A DNA stretch of 64,000 bases, from the NCBI RefSeq assembly GCF_009914755.1, contig NC_060936.1, one strand, 5' to 3'. Each line of letters opens with the position of its first letter. Position 1 is the stretch's first letter. The position numbers and the translations under genes are program-made. The stretch is from the human T2T-CHM13v2.0 reference genome, Homo sapiens. The notes under the pieces are model-generated. The model was given only the letters and a program-made list of their open reading frames with translations, had not been told where the DNA came from and ran no database searches. Shown here in pieces: positions 12,801 through 25,774 of this stretch.

Positions 12801-14159
12801 TTATAAGAGGCATTCCTCCCTTGAGTCTTTGTTTTCCTAAAACTCTGTGGATTGGTCCTCCTCTCCATCTGATTAAGTCACTAGAATCAACAGGATAGAA
12901 AACATGCCCTTTCACAGATTTCTGGGTTTTCTTTGATCTCAAGAGCATGTGCTGTGTCAAGCATGCTTGGGTTTCCAGGCTGGTGCTCTCAGGATCTAGG
13001 CTATGGAGCCTGATTACCATGACTCCCAGCATCGCCTTGGCAAATACCTTCCTGAGTTCAGCCTGGGCAGAAGGCGACCCATAATCCCTCCTCCCCAGCC
13101 CTACACTGCCTTCCAGCCTTGGCCCAGACAGCGAGACAAGCACTTTCTCTCTGTTTTCGTGATGCTTCTAGCGGCACAGTCAGCCTGGGGGCTCTGCCAG
13201 CTCAGGAGCCACGAGCCCAGACTCTGAGGGATTTGGGTAAGAATGCCAACAGGACAAAGCTGGTCGGGAGGGGTGAGGAGAACCTCATTAATGCGAATTC
13301 CCTGCTTCAGCCCTAGCCTTCAGCTCCCCTTTCCCCTTGGAACCACAAGGAATGAACTGCCTGCTCCTCTTTACACAGCCTCCACCTGTTGCTTCGGACA
13401 GGCATCCTCGACATGGCCTCGCCGCACTCTGAGAGGAGGGGAAACAGAAGTCAGTCTCATATTCTCACCTCCCTGAGCACAGGGAGGCTTTCTAAGGGTC
13501 TGTATCTCAACAAAAACAGGAAACAGGCAAGGCATAAGAAGCCTTCCCCTTCACCCTGTTTCCTCCTTTTTCCCTTAGACCACCTAGGCAAGGAGAATTA
13601 CTCCCCTAGAGATAATAATGGCACTCTGGAGATGTGAAGGCCTGAAGTCGCCTACAAGACTGGTTGGGGAAAACCCAGACTCGATTTTCTTTCTGGTGTT
13701 TCCTCACAGGAGTGGGTGGGGTGTGCCGGAATCAAGGGGCCATGAGGGAAGCTGAGGCCTGGGCTGTAGAGATGAGAGCCTCTGCCATGAGGGTGGAAAA
13801 GGCTGGTGTCGGGGATTACACTTTTTGGTACTTTCCTGCTCTTTCTTTCCTTCGCCTTCTCTGCCTGTCCTGGTGTGTGTAGACAGGGGCAGGGTTCCCA
13901 GGCAACTGCACAGAACACTGCACAGAGAGAGGGCAAGGCAAGAGTGGGGAGATGGGGTGGCAATTTCACACATTAGCAGTCTGGGAGGAGTTCCTTCTAG
14001 AACTCAGCAGAGCAGACACACAGGTACTTAGTCATTATTGCTGTTATTACATAAGGAATAGGCGGAAGACATTGCTTGCCCCTCTTCTTGGGTAGAAATA
14101 TCAGTTCCTGCCTGAAACACATATCCATGATGGGCTTGAGGGAGAACTAGGAGGAAGAT

Positions 14160-14385
14160 GGCAATGATGAAGAGAAAGAGGATGTCGAGTTTTATCTGTG
14201 CCAGGCAATGAGCCAACACTATAAATAAAAGTCTTTACTTATCATTCCCACCACACCTCTGTGCAGTGGACATGGTTTTTTACCTTGCAGATGAGAAAGT
14301 TGAAACACAGATTCAAACAGGCTTGCCTGAAGCCACTGACTGGTAAATGCAAAAATAACTTCCAACCCTAGACAAGACCCATATA
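14160..14385 (-). mobile_element. MIR SINE
   Basis: ctgtgccaggca...ttgcagatgagaaagttgaaacacaga...cttgcctgaagccac. Confidence 0.55.
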
Positions 14386-15357
14386 CAGTGTCCCTCCATG
14401 ACATTAGATTTAGCAGCTCCTCGCAAAGCAGGAAAGCCAGGAGAGGCAAAGGTATATGAAAATGAGAAAGACACCACCTTTACTTTTCAAAAGCTTGTGG
14501 TCCACTGATGTTTCCAGATGTTCTCCTCATTTTCATCTCCTCCCTGCATTGCATCCATCCGTTTGACATCAAAGCCCCTTCTTAGGATTTGAGAGCCTTA
14601 TGATTTGTTTTTCTCCACTGGGTCACTGTCTTCTGCAAGGAGGCACCGAGTCCCTGGTCACTTGGCCATTGCGCTCCTTGACTTTCCAAAGGGCAGGGTG
14701 GAGACAAAGGCAAAAACATAGAGAAGTGCCACGTGGCCATCCAGTGTAGGTCTGGGTCTGGTTTTCTTCGGATGTAGAGTCTGGCATTCAATCCATGGAC
14801 ATTCATGCTTCTGTGGGAAGTTAGGATTCCTCTGGGCACCTCAGCAAGATTTGCTCTCCTGCTTCCTGCTAGTACCAAGGTCAGACATATCCCTCTGGAG
14901 CTTGGCCTATGATTTTCATTCTTTGAATATCAACCCTAAGAATTTCACAGCCACATTTTTCACTCTCCAACAGTGTCTCCCTGACACAGCACATCCATCC
15001 GATACATAGCTGCTTTCCTCAGCCTTTTCTCACTTTTCAAGCTTCCCACATGGGTTATTCTGCAGAGGGAGATAAACTCAGTTCAGTTATTTCTCTGTCT
15101 CAACTCTTATGCTGGTCACCTCCTAGTGCCCCCACGAGGGAAGATGCACTGCTTTCTTCCTTGCCTTCTGCAGCATTTCCAACTGCCTTTGAATTTTTGT
15201 CACTTATACTTTTGAATTGCACTTTTTGCCAGTCTAACTCTTCATGTTGGCATCTGTATTCTGATTTTGTCTGGCTCTGGGGCCGGGTTGTCCAAGCCTT
15301 GTTTTTTTCTATTTTGACTGGAGACATCATTTTGTCTATTGTTCAATTTGGTGTATG

Positions 15358-15646
15358 CAGTCGCCCCTCAGTATCTGCAGAGGATTGGTTCCAGGACACC
15401 CTGCAGATACCAAAATCTGTAGATGTTCAAGTCCCAGATACAAAATGGTGCAGTATTTCCATATCACCTAGGCACATCCTCCAGTATACGTTAAATCATC
15501 TCGTGAATGCTATGTAAAGTAATTGTTGTGTTATATTGTTTTTATTTGTATTTTTTATTGTTTTGCTTTTTTTGTTTATGAATATTTTCCATCTGCAATT
15601 GGTTGAATCTGCAGATAGGGAACACGTGAATGTGGTGGGCTGACTG
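15358..15646. mobile_element. MER2 (TcMar-Tigger) MITE
   Basis: TIRs cagtcgcccctcagtatctgc / gtgggctgactg, with TA on the right flank. Internal gattggttccaggac...gataccaaaatc is typical of MER2. Confidence 0.85.
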
Positions 15647-17069
15647 TACCTTGAATGCTGTGACTTTAACTTTCAAGCACAGTTAAATGTAGCTGGGACA
15701 CTTTTCCAATGGAGCTCATGGGGCGTTGGATGAGAAAGACTTTCAGATGGAGGCATGCTCTGGAAGAAAATGCGGGTGGGAGCCCCAGCCCAGAGATGAC
15801 CTTGTCATTGGTTATAAATGAGCTCAAGTCTCTGCTTCAGTGCTGGGGATGACATGTTTTAGAAGACCTGGAGAGGAAGGGAGATTCCTCAAGGCATCGT
15901 GGATTCAATCCAGATGCAAGGGAAGGTCTCTGGGAATTCCCTGCGATCTGTGCTTTGCCTGAGAGGTTTCCAAGAGACATTATCTCAGTACATTCTGTTT
16001 TAATAAAGAACATTTAAGAAGACGGCATCTGGGGAGCATGTGCAGCCTACAGAGTTGCTATAGGTAAAAAAAAAAAAAAAAAAATTCTTTCTGTTCATGA
16101 TAAATCCACAATTGCTTGGCCAATGTGGATTTATTGCCACTAAATCTTCTCTGCTCATGGTAAGAGGTTCAGGTTGAGTAGTAACAATCCCCCCTCTGTA
16201 ATGGTCCATGTGAGTAGAACTGGTGTGCTGTTGCCGGTTGTCCTGCTCTGATTCCTGGCTGGGTGGGGTGGTGCCTTGAATGTTATCTACGTTTGTCCAG
16301 CGACAAGTTTCCTCCATGTGTGGGAAACACCAACACTGTGTCAGCGGAACACCAACATCTCATTGTATTCTTTACCGATTTTGTCAGATGAGGACTGTTA
16401 ACATCAAAGTTCTCCTTAGAACTTTGAAACAAACTTTCACCCCTAAAAACAAGAACCCTATCACGAAACCTGTTACCTATCTATTTTCTCTCTCTTCCTG
16501 GAGACAGTATATTATTTCCTGCCCTGCCCACCGATTGTATCTAGAGGGATTGTTGACAGTTTCTACTCATAACCTAGATACTTACCAAAGGAAAGAAAGG
16601 TGATCTGATGAAGCACATTGCATCTTATTCTAGCTTTGGAGAAAACCCTTTTTAAAACCAGGAAGCATCCTGGATTGGAAGGTCATAGACATTATTATTA
16701 TTATTATTTTAGCCAAGATGTATACCCTGGCTAAATCTCTTACTTCTGGTTTTTTTGTTTTGTTTTGTTTTTCCTCATTATGAAGTTAAGAGTTTAGACC
16801 AGGTGATCTTTTTAAAAGATCCCTTTTCCATTCTAAATGCCAAAGATGCTTCTCTAAATAGTGTCTGCAAAAACACTGCTTGGATTGCACAGAGTTCATT
16901 TTCCTTTGGAGACATATAAAGTCAAACAATGGCAACATTTTAGTGCACGTATTGTCCCTCCTTTATGATGCTTCATCCAATTGACAACCAGCTCCTACCA
17001 AACAGTCAGACTTCTAAAACTATGCAGCGTATGCCTAGGGTTTTACTTTTTAAATGAACTACAAAGTCA

Positions 17070-17290
17070 TGATAATGAACATTTATTGAGCATGTACTAA
17101 GCCTTTAGACGTAAAATCACTTTTGATTTAATCCTTACAAATATTTTCTGAGGTAGGTTCTATTATTTATCCCCATCTTACAGGTAAGCAAACTAAAATA
17201 TGAAGCTGATAAATAACTTACTTGAGGTCATATAATAACATGATAGATCTGGGATTCCAATGCTGGCAGTCTCATACCTGAGTCTGCCCA
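17070..17290 (-). mobile_element. MIR SINE
   Basis: aacatttattgagc...tttaatccttacaa...tgaggtagg...ccccatcttacaggtaagcaaact...gaggtcata. Confidence 0.65.
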
Positions 17291-17989
17291 GGTTCATTCC
17301 AGGAAAATGCTTTTGTTTGGTTTTGTTTTTCCACAGCCTCAATTATCTTAGGGTCTCTTCTGAAGGTGTTTTCAAGCACGATGCATTTCCCAAATGTTAG
17401 AGGCTACAACTTATATATGTCTTGCAGATATGATTAACTCAAGTTATATGCAAATCTCTTTCTATGTATACCAAACAATATATAGGAGCCCAGAAAGAAT
17501 AAGCTTGGCAGTGAGTTTCCTAGAAAGAACCACAGAAAGAGTTGATTGCCAGTACTGGTGGATATTGATTCAGACACTGACTCAGGTTGTATGCCCTGGT
17601 AGGAGGGCCTGGCCTTTTCCCTGGGCCTCTGGCCATAACCTCCTTCGGATCTTAAAAAGACACTAAGCATTGCTTGTCATCATGAATGAGAAATATCGCC
17701 TGGTTATCCAGAGGGAGACCAACTGGTGGATCCTTTAGCCGTGACATGAGGATATGGCTCCAGCTGGAGTCTCTCCTCCTGCTTCTGTACTTAGCTCATC
17801 CTGGTTTAACCAAAACCCAAAACAACCCTCTCCAAGGGCTCTTCCCTGGCTCAGGGACACTCCATTTTAAGAAACGCTCACCGCGCCTAGTACTTTGCAT
17901 GGTACATTATAAGCACTCAGTAAATATTTGTTACTTCGTGGCAAAATAGATCAATTCAGCAGTGATTTTTCACTTTTCAAAAGGATTCA

Positions 17990-18290
17990 CTGCAGGGTTC
18001 CTTTAAATGGCCGGCTCCCCTGGTGCATTTAAAATGCGATTTGATTTATAGGAATTCGATGTACATGGTTCTGCAGGGCCACATCAATCGTGTAAAGTGA
18101 GCCGCATGTGCTCCCACTGACGAGCGCGTTGGCAGCTCTCCTCCATCGGCTTGGAATGCACACAAGCCTCGGGTCTGCTCTCCCCGCTTTTATCACAAAG
18201 GGGCTCATTTTGTGAATGAACAGCCACTGCCAACAGCGTGATGGTATTTTCAGTGACCTTTGCCCGGGGATTGGATTCCCGCCCAGCAGG
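17990..18290. promoter_or_regulatory. Candidate conserved enhancer (CpG-retaining, non-repeat)
   Basis: 14 CpGs in about 290 bp. PBX-HOX site TGATTTAT 18042-18049, NFI half-sites TTGGCA/TGCCAA, and DR1-type TGACCTTTGCCC 18254-18265. Confidence 0.5.
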
Positions 18291-18619
18291 GAGACAAGGC
18301 CTTAGGAAAAGGTTAGTTCATTGACGGCCAGGGCCTGCTGGGCTGAGGTCTGGGGAGGGAAAGGCTCAGAGAACTTTCCCTTTTTTGTGAATCACCTAAA
18401 GAACCCACCCTTCCCGCCTGGCCTGTGCCGCTTTCTCTCTTTGTCTCGGCATATTGGATTCTGTTCAGCAGGGTGGTTTTATAGCTCCTGCTGCTCCTGC
18501 TCCTGATTTTTTTTTTTTTTTTTGTAACTGTGAATAATAGTCCTAGTTTTGCCTTGCTGTTTCCCAATAGCAATTCTGGGGTCCTCGTGAGCTTCCGCCC
18601 CCTCTTCTCCACCCCCTTT

Positions 18620-18656
18620 CCTCCTCCTCCTCCTCCTCCTCCTCCTCCTCCTCCTC
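18620..18656. repeat. (CCT)12 microsatellite
   Basis: Perfect trinucleotide run, read directly. Confidence 0.95.
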
Positions 18657-19199
18657 ATAACCACGGCCTTTTCAGTTTGATGTTTTTAGATATCAAAGGA
18701 AGTTCTCCAGGAACCCTGCAACTAAAGACTTTAATGAGGACCATGCCCAAGAAATCCTGGCTGCCAAATACATGATGATGATTTATGTCGCTCACTCACT
18801 CCCTAACAGCAAGAGGACTATTTGTAAAAATAAAAAAGCTGCTCATATGGAATTAAACAAGAGCATAGCTGCTTCCTTCCAGACCCCAGGAGCTTAACAA
18901 AGAGCATCCACACTCCTCTCCAGCAGCACATGGCTCAGGGCCCATATTAGTCTTCCTGTCATATAAAGCTCAATCCTGTTAGCGCAGGCAGCAGCGCACA
19001 CTCTCCCTATCGGCGGACCTCAGAAGGCACATTTCTGAGGACCGCACAAAATGTGCGCAAAGATGTAGGCACAGGCTCAGGCCTACGCTGAGCCATGGAA
19101 GGGTGGTGTGAGTCCAGAGGCTAGCAGAGCCACTGAGTTGCTGCTGGCGGCAGGCTGAGGCTGACAGTAGGCATTTGCCATCCCCTGTTTATTCCTGGC

Positions 19200-19400
19200 A
19201 TCAGATAGCTGAGTGACATGGATGCCAACTGGGTTCTGGCCAGCTCAGTGGAGAGAGCTCTGGAGGGAGAAACCCTTATGCTTGCATTTCCTTATTTGTC
19301 AAATGGGTTACCTCTTAGTGTTGTTGTGAGCGGTGATGAGATCATACACAGAAAACACGTAGCATCATATTGGTAAGTGCTAATTATTATTATTAATTAT
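19200..19400 (+). mobile_element. MIR SINE with (ATT)n tail
   Basis: tttccttatttgtcaaatggg...gttgtgag...tgagatcatac...ggtaagtgct. Confidence 0.55.
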
Positions 19401-19422
19401 TGCTATTATTAGTATTCTGTAC

Positions 19423-19886
19423 TGTGGCTGCCATGAATTGGTAACACTCAGACCCCTTGCTTCAGGGAGAGTGAAGGAGAGTAGCTGGCTGATTACCCCA
19501 GCTGCCAAACTCTAAGTTCACATCCACATTCTCACCATGTTACTCTGCTTGACCCAAGGCCATGCTTCCTGTGGGCTGCTCCAGGCCATTGATGGAGCGT
19601 GGTATGGATGCCAACACAAGCTCATTCATTGAGAGCTAGGACTCCTCCAGCAGCGACTTTAGCTCAAAGACTTCCCATCAGCCTGGCAGCAGCTCCTGGG
19701 AATTGTGCTACAGCCTGCGACTTTCTCCTACCTTGTTCCCCTTCTGTCCTCCCCTCCCTCTCCCTGTGTATTCTGCTCATCTTCCTTTCAACCTTTTCTC
19801 TCCCACATACACTTCCCTCAGTAAACCTCTTATGTGTCTAAATCCCTGTCTTGGTGTCTGCTTCTTGGAGGACCCGAAGTTACACA
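19423..19886 (+). mobile_element. ERVL solo LTR (LTR16 family)
   Basis: Starts tgtggctgcc. Ends taaacctctt...aatccctgtcttggtgtctgcttcttggaggacccgaagttacaca, a typical LTR16 3' end. Confidence 0.75.
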
Positions 19887-20616
19887 CATAGTGACTGGGC
19901 TTTCTACCACGGCTGTACTGTATTAGTACTAACACCTTCTTAGATACACGGACCATTGTTCACTCTTAGTCATTCAACATTGGATAAATGTGTCATGGGT
20001 GCTTGATGCCAGGGACACAGAGATTGTTCTTCTCACGGACAAGGTGTACACTGATAGACAGATACATAAATCATCATAGTGATATGGTCAGTGTTCAAGT
20101 AAATGCATGTATAAGGAATGCAAGAATCCAGAGGAGAAAGTGGATTTTTCTGCCAGGGTGGGAGAGTGGGTGGGAGATAGACAGGGACGGCTTCATTAAG
20201 AAGGGGATTTGAACTCAGGCAAAAGGCACAAGCCACATGCTGTCACCCCCTGTCTTCAGTGTAGTCCAATGAGTAAGTAAAAAAGAAAGAACAGCCCAGA
20301 AGAGATGTGACATCATGCCCTTTCATGGGCTTTTTCTCACCTTTTTTACTTCTTCCTCCAATGACTGTAAAGGAGCGGTAATTATCCCAGGGATTTGAGA
20401 CATAATCCACCTTTCAGAGTTGAAAGAGGCACAAGCGTCATGAGCTTTTCCCCAGTGGGAAGGCAACTCCTGGACAGGCAAGTGGGTGCAAGAAGTTGCT
20501 GTGGCAGCAGGAGAGCAGTAGGGGCATGAACTGTAGGCTTCGGAGATGGGGTCATTGCTAAAGCAGGGCTCACTCAGCCTGGCCCCAGATCCAGCCTCAA
20601 GAGTCTAGTGTGGATC

Positions 20617-21036
20617 TGTTATGCATGGATTGTACCCCTTCCCATCCCCTTACAAAAAATTCATCTGCTGAGATCTTAACCCCTAGTATCTCACATTGTG
20701 GCTGTATTTGTAATTGCCTTTAAAAAGGTAATTAAGTTAAAGTAAGGGCTTAGGGCTCATTAGGGTGGGTTCTAATCCAGTGTGACTAGTGTCCTTATGA
20801 GGAGTAGGAATTTGGACACAGAGGCATAGACAGAGGGAAGAGAGTGTGAAGAGAGAAGATGTCCATCCATAAGCCAAAAACAGTCCTGGAACAGATCCTT
20901 CCCTTCGGAAGGAACCAACCTTGCCAACATCTTGAACTCAGATTTCCAGCTTCCAGAACTGTGTGAAATAAATTTCGGTTGTTTGGGTCACTTGGTTGGT
21001 TGTACTTTGTTATGGCAATTCCAGCAAACTATTACA
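20617..21036 (+). mobile_element. MaLR solo LTR (MLT1B-like)
   Basis: tgttatg...aaattcat...ctaatccagtgtgactagtgtccttat...ttccagcttccagaactgtg...aataaattt...gcaaactattaca. Confidence 0.85.
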
Positions 21037-22849
21037 GGGTTCCTCCATCTCCCCTTATTGTGGATGGGATCTGGCCCAACTCTGCTCAGAAACTTAACAC
21101 AGAGTGGTGAGCAGGGAAAGATGGCATTTTTCTTTCCCAGAGAACTGGATATTAACCTTTGACTACAGGAGAGGGAGCAGGAGTTGTGAGGCCTGAGGAA
21201 AAACAGAAAGTGGAGCTTACCAGTGAGGACTTGGTCATGCAAGATGCAGGAGAATTCACTAAAGAACGCAAGTCCCTGATGTCTCAAAACAAAAATGGGA
21301 AAGATACGTTTTTGCCCCCCTGATTTGAATGCTCAGATGCTGTTGGAGAGGAGGACAAGTTGTTCTGCAGAACTAAAAACAGAGATGCATCATCTGATAA
21401 GGCTCACAGTAGACGGCTTGCACAGCAGTCCAACAGGAAGAAAAAATGAGGAGCGGGACATGCTTAGGGACTAGAACCTAAACAGCAACTCATACAAAGC
21501 CTTTGCTTTGTCCCCTGAGGAAACTGACATGGGAATTCATGAGAAAGGACAGAGCGATCCCTCAAACTCCCATCTTGACGTTGCTGAAAAGGAAGGCTTC
21601 ACTGGCCCTGGGTCAGAACCAAGAAACATGAGCAGTTTTAACTTGTAGGGTGTGATGTGACAGTCCAGTCACTTTCCCAGGGGCAAATCAAGTCACACTG
21701 TGACAGATACTACATTATAACAAGTCATGTCTGTTGAGGAGCTAACCCATGTCTGAGGCAGGGGCTGCAATATCTTAATGCCCAGACCAACTCCCTAAAG
21801 TAAAACATTCCATGAATTTGTCTTATTCACTCCAGTATCTTTTGACGCTGAGGGGTAGTTTCCTGCTAAAGCATTTTCTTTTTCATTTTTATGTAAGTAA
21901 GAGAAATGTGTGGGGTTGCTAAGGATAAATCTTCCCCACCCAAACATAAACATTTAATGCACATGCCTCATTTTAATGTACCTGGGGAGGAACCAAGGTG
22001 CCCAGTGTGCCCAGCATGACATTAGGCCTCTCTCCTTCAACTTAACTTGTGGAGCCCCCTTCTTGCCCCCACATGCCCAATGCATAGAGGACTAGGACAA
22101 GTAACAAACCACAAAAGATGAGAGAGAGTTAGGGTCTAAATTAAACAGCTAGCATCTCCACCCCCACCCAGGCAGGGGGAGGCAGCTCAGAGAGAATCCA
22201 TAACCCCTGTGAGAAGCAGCAATGATAGAAGGAGAAGCCTCCGAGGAGTGCAAAGGGCAATGCTGGGGTCTCCAGGAGTAGCAAGGAGCTGCCCAGCTTC
22301 AGGAGTGACAATGGTAGAAGCCACAGCAGAATATAGGGGACGCCAGTGTCAGTTGCAGCTGCAGAATGATAGTCACTTCTCACGGAAATTTATTCCATAT
22401 TGAGCACCTTCTATGTGCTAAGAGAGAATAAGTGAGTCATGAGCCCCAGGGAGTAGAGAGCCAAAAGGATCAGCCTTGAGAGCTGCCTGTGGTCTGTGGA
22501 GTTGAGTGACTGGCCGTGCCCACCTGAACTAGCCTAGGGAAGCGCTATTCTTCTTCTCTTCCTCTCTTAACCATGTCTTTTCCTCTAACCTTCAGGAACA
22601 TTTTCAGGTAGCAAAAGCCCTAGCTTGTATTTCCAATCCTGTTTCTGGAGTAGCAGAAGTGGGCATTTCCATTTCGGTATCTTGCTGGCATTGTAGACTC
22701 CTCATTTTCCCCAGCCACTTCTTCTCCTCATCCCTTCCCTCCACAGAAAAAAAAACCCAAATCATCTCCCTAACATAACACTGTTCTTCACTTCAAAGCT
22801 TCTGTCTTCTTTGATTCTTCCCTCTTCTTTTCAGCCTAATCAACTTTCA

Positions 22850-24240
22850 TGTTATTTTCAACTGCCTTTGTAAGGTGCATGGAATATATGTTTTCCTTCT
22901 CATTCCAGCTGTCCATCACTGTCCCTTCCATTATCAGCCCTCAAATCCACTACTGTAAGTCTCCTAACTGGCCTTCTTACTTCCCTGAAAATTGTTCCTC
23001 TGGTCTTTAAACTTTCCTCCATGATTCCCACTGGCAAATTCCCTTTGAAAGGGTAGCCCCAATGCCACCACCTCCTCCATGAATCCTTCATAATATGCCC
23101 AGTGGGAATATGCACTCTCTCTCTTCTGAAATCATACAACCAAGATTTCTCTTAATTTGTGCACATGAAGATGCACACCAGGCTTAGATTATGTCCTCTG
23201 TTCTCTATACAGATCTATCTCACATCTTACTTGACTTCACCTAGATAACCTATAGGCACCTCCAATCAGCATGTCCAAAAGAGAACTCTTGATTTTCCCC
23301 TCTCAAAACTTGATAATCTACCAGTCTTTCCCATTTTGTAAATGGCAGCACCATCCTATTTGTCGAATTAAAAACTGTAGATTTATCATTGATTCTTCTC
23401 TGTTACAACCATCCTCTATGCTCTTTCCACAACCCACTACCCCCCATTAAGAAGTAAAGTCTATCTTCCATCTGCTAAAATCTGGACTGACCTGTAATTG
23501 CTTTGACCAACAGAATATAGCAAAAGATACATTGTACCAATTCTGTGCCTTTCCTTTAAGAGGACTGGCAGCTTCTACTTCCTGGATCACTCAATCTTGG
23601 ATGCGTCTAGGAATCCAGCATAAAATATGTGCTGATTTTACCACCTTCCCATCACTTCTGCTGCAGTCCTAGTGCAAACTAATGTCTTGTAGAATTATTA
23701 CAATTGCCTCATAAAGGATCTCCCTCTTAAAGTGGTTTATAGAAAATGTAAATCAGATCATGTCATTTACGTGCTTAACACTATCCAATGGCTTCTCAAT
23801 ACGCTTAGAATACAGTCCAAATTCTTTACTCTGTCCTACAAGCTTCTTTGTTCTGGCCCCTGCCACACCCCTGACTTTGTTTCCTACTACTTTCTTCCGT
23901 GCTTAGCCTGCTACTTTGCCCATTCCTTGAATACATCATACATGCTCAGGACCTTGGCTCTTCTTCCTCCTGTCTGGGACACTCTTTCCTGAATCTTTGC
24001 AGGACTAATCTTTTCTCTTCATTCATATCCTAATTCATGTCACCTTCCCCGAGAGGCCTTCCCTGACCATCCATTACAGAATAGTACCCTTGTTCACCTC
24101 ACCTTACCTGCTTAGTTTTCTTTAGAACATTCAACACTGGAAGAAATTCTCAACTAATTCGCTTCGTTGTTTTTGTCTCCTCTCACCTTGAACATGAGCT
24201 CTATAAAAGCAGGAAACTTGTCTGTTCCGCTAACAAACTT
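22850..24240 (+). mobile_element. L2 LINE fragments, interrupted at 23413-23619
   Basis: L2 words: agcatgtccaaaagagaactcttgattt, taaatggcagcaccatcc, aaatcagatcatgtca, gagaggccttccctgacca. Confidence 0.7.
23413..23619 (+). repeat. Internal MLT1 LTR fragment, a local copy of 25821-26032
   Basis: Shares exact blocks of 18, 29, 20, 16 and 17 bp, in the same order, with 25821-26032. Has no LTR termini. Confidence 0.85.
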
Positions 24241-24274
24241 TTACCATAAATGGCTCTTGAAAATTATGCCACCT

Positions 24275-24625
24275 TTGGTGTCCAGCCTCCAAATTAGTCC
24301 ACAAAGAGTCTTTCCTTGCATAGTCTGTTCCCACGCTGAACAGGGATGTCACCAATATGATATCTCAGAAATGATGAAAAAACTTGCGAGGCTGGGTCAT
24401 AAAAGACTTTGTGATGCTTGCCTTGTTTTTACACATGACTCACTTTGGGAAAAGCCAGCTGCCATGCTGTAAGGACACTCAAGCTGTCTATGGAGAAGTC
24501 GATTTGTTGAGGACCTGAGGCCTTCTGTCAGCATTCAGTATCAACTCGGCAGTCATATGAACGTGACATTTTGGAAATGGGTCCTCAATCTCTAGTTGAG
24601 CCTTTATGACTGCAGGCCCAACTTG
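24275..24625 (+). mobile_element. MaLR LTR (MLT1E/F-like), partial
   Basis: ggtcataaaagac...aagccagctgccatgctgtaaggacactcaagc...tatggagaagtc...ctgaggcct. Confidence 0.7.
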
Positions 24626-25774
24626 GCATCAAAGATAAATGCAATATAGTCCCTGACCTCAAGCTGCTCAAAATTTAGGGAGAGAGAAGTTGGGGGTGAG
24701 GGAAGAGTTAAATGATTTCATAGAAGAGGAAAGGGAGCATGGTGATGGGAATGATTTGACTCCACCACAGGAAAGAGGGATTAGAGGAAGCATCCAGTGG
24801 AAGGGATGCTTGGGTTACAGCCTGAAGAACAAATGTTAGTTATTAATGAATGTTGGTTGACATTGCCTCCAAGACACTGTTGGCTTCGGCTCTGGAATTG
24901 TTCTTGAGATTGAATTATCTTTTTTCACGGATGGAATGTTCAAATTAATGAGAAAAAAGAATGAATGAAGACTTGAGCACTGACCCCAAAGCTGGGAAGA
25001 ATTCATTCCGCATGCATCCTAGATTACTTCAAAGAAAATGAACAGAAAGGATTATCAATAGTACTTACTTCTTGAGTTTTGTCCTTTTCCTTTATAACTT
25101 TGCTAAAGCAATATTCTGTTAAGGCCTCTCAAAGGTATAGGAGACTGTCAGTTGGTTGTTATAACTGAAATGGAAGGGCCAGAAGCATTTTAGAGGTATC
25201 CAAGTGCATAAGGTACAACTATCAGGTAATGAGTTGGAATTTTAACAGTCCTGAGCACATACATCTTAATGAGCATGGTCCCCCAGGGAGGAGTTCAGCC
25301 CCTTATTCCAATGATTTTGACATTACTGAAAACATTCTGAGAATGCATGTCTCTCTGGAAATTGTCTTCAAACCTCTAGTACATTCTTTTGAATTGCCTT
25401 GATGATGGTAAATCGTAGTCCTTTAAGTCTGCATTCTTATGTGCAGCAAGTAATTTTCCAGGCTATACCAGCCTGAGGGAATAGTCAAATAATAAGACAA
25501 TGACATAAGTCCATTACTTCCAGCTCAGCTCCACCAGCTGGTTTGCTGGAATTCTGACCTACCTCATTCTGCCTCCAGGTGTATGTTTGGGGAGTGGGGA
25601 GCAACATTGGGAAGGAGAGAAGGCAGATTTGAGTTTTTTTGTTTTTAACAAATGGGCTTATTTAAATTTATGTATTAATTTTTCTTCATAACTATTCCAT
25701 TTTCTGGCAGTCAGTTTCAGTCCATTCAGTGGGACCCTTGCTGTATCAAGGTGGTACTTTCTGGAGACAACCCA

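Noticed and set aside
15050-15517. 155-aa ATG-initiated ORF
   Set aside because: The last third is MER2 sequence and the rest has no recognisable domain or splice context.
18479-18775. Poly-Pro / poly-Arg ORFs
   Set aside because: These are translations of the (CCT)12 microsatellite.
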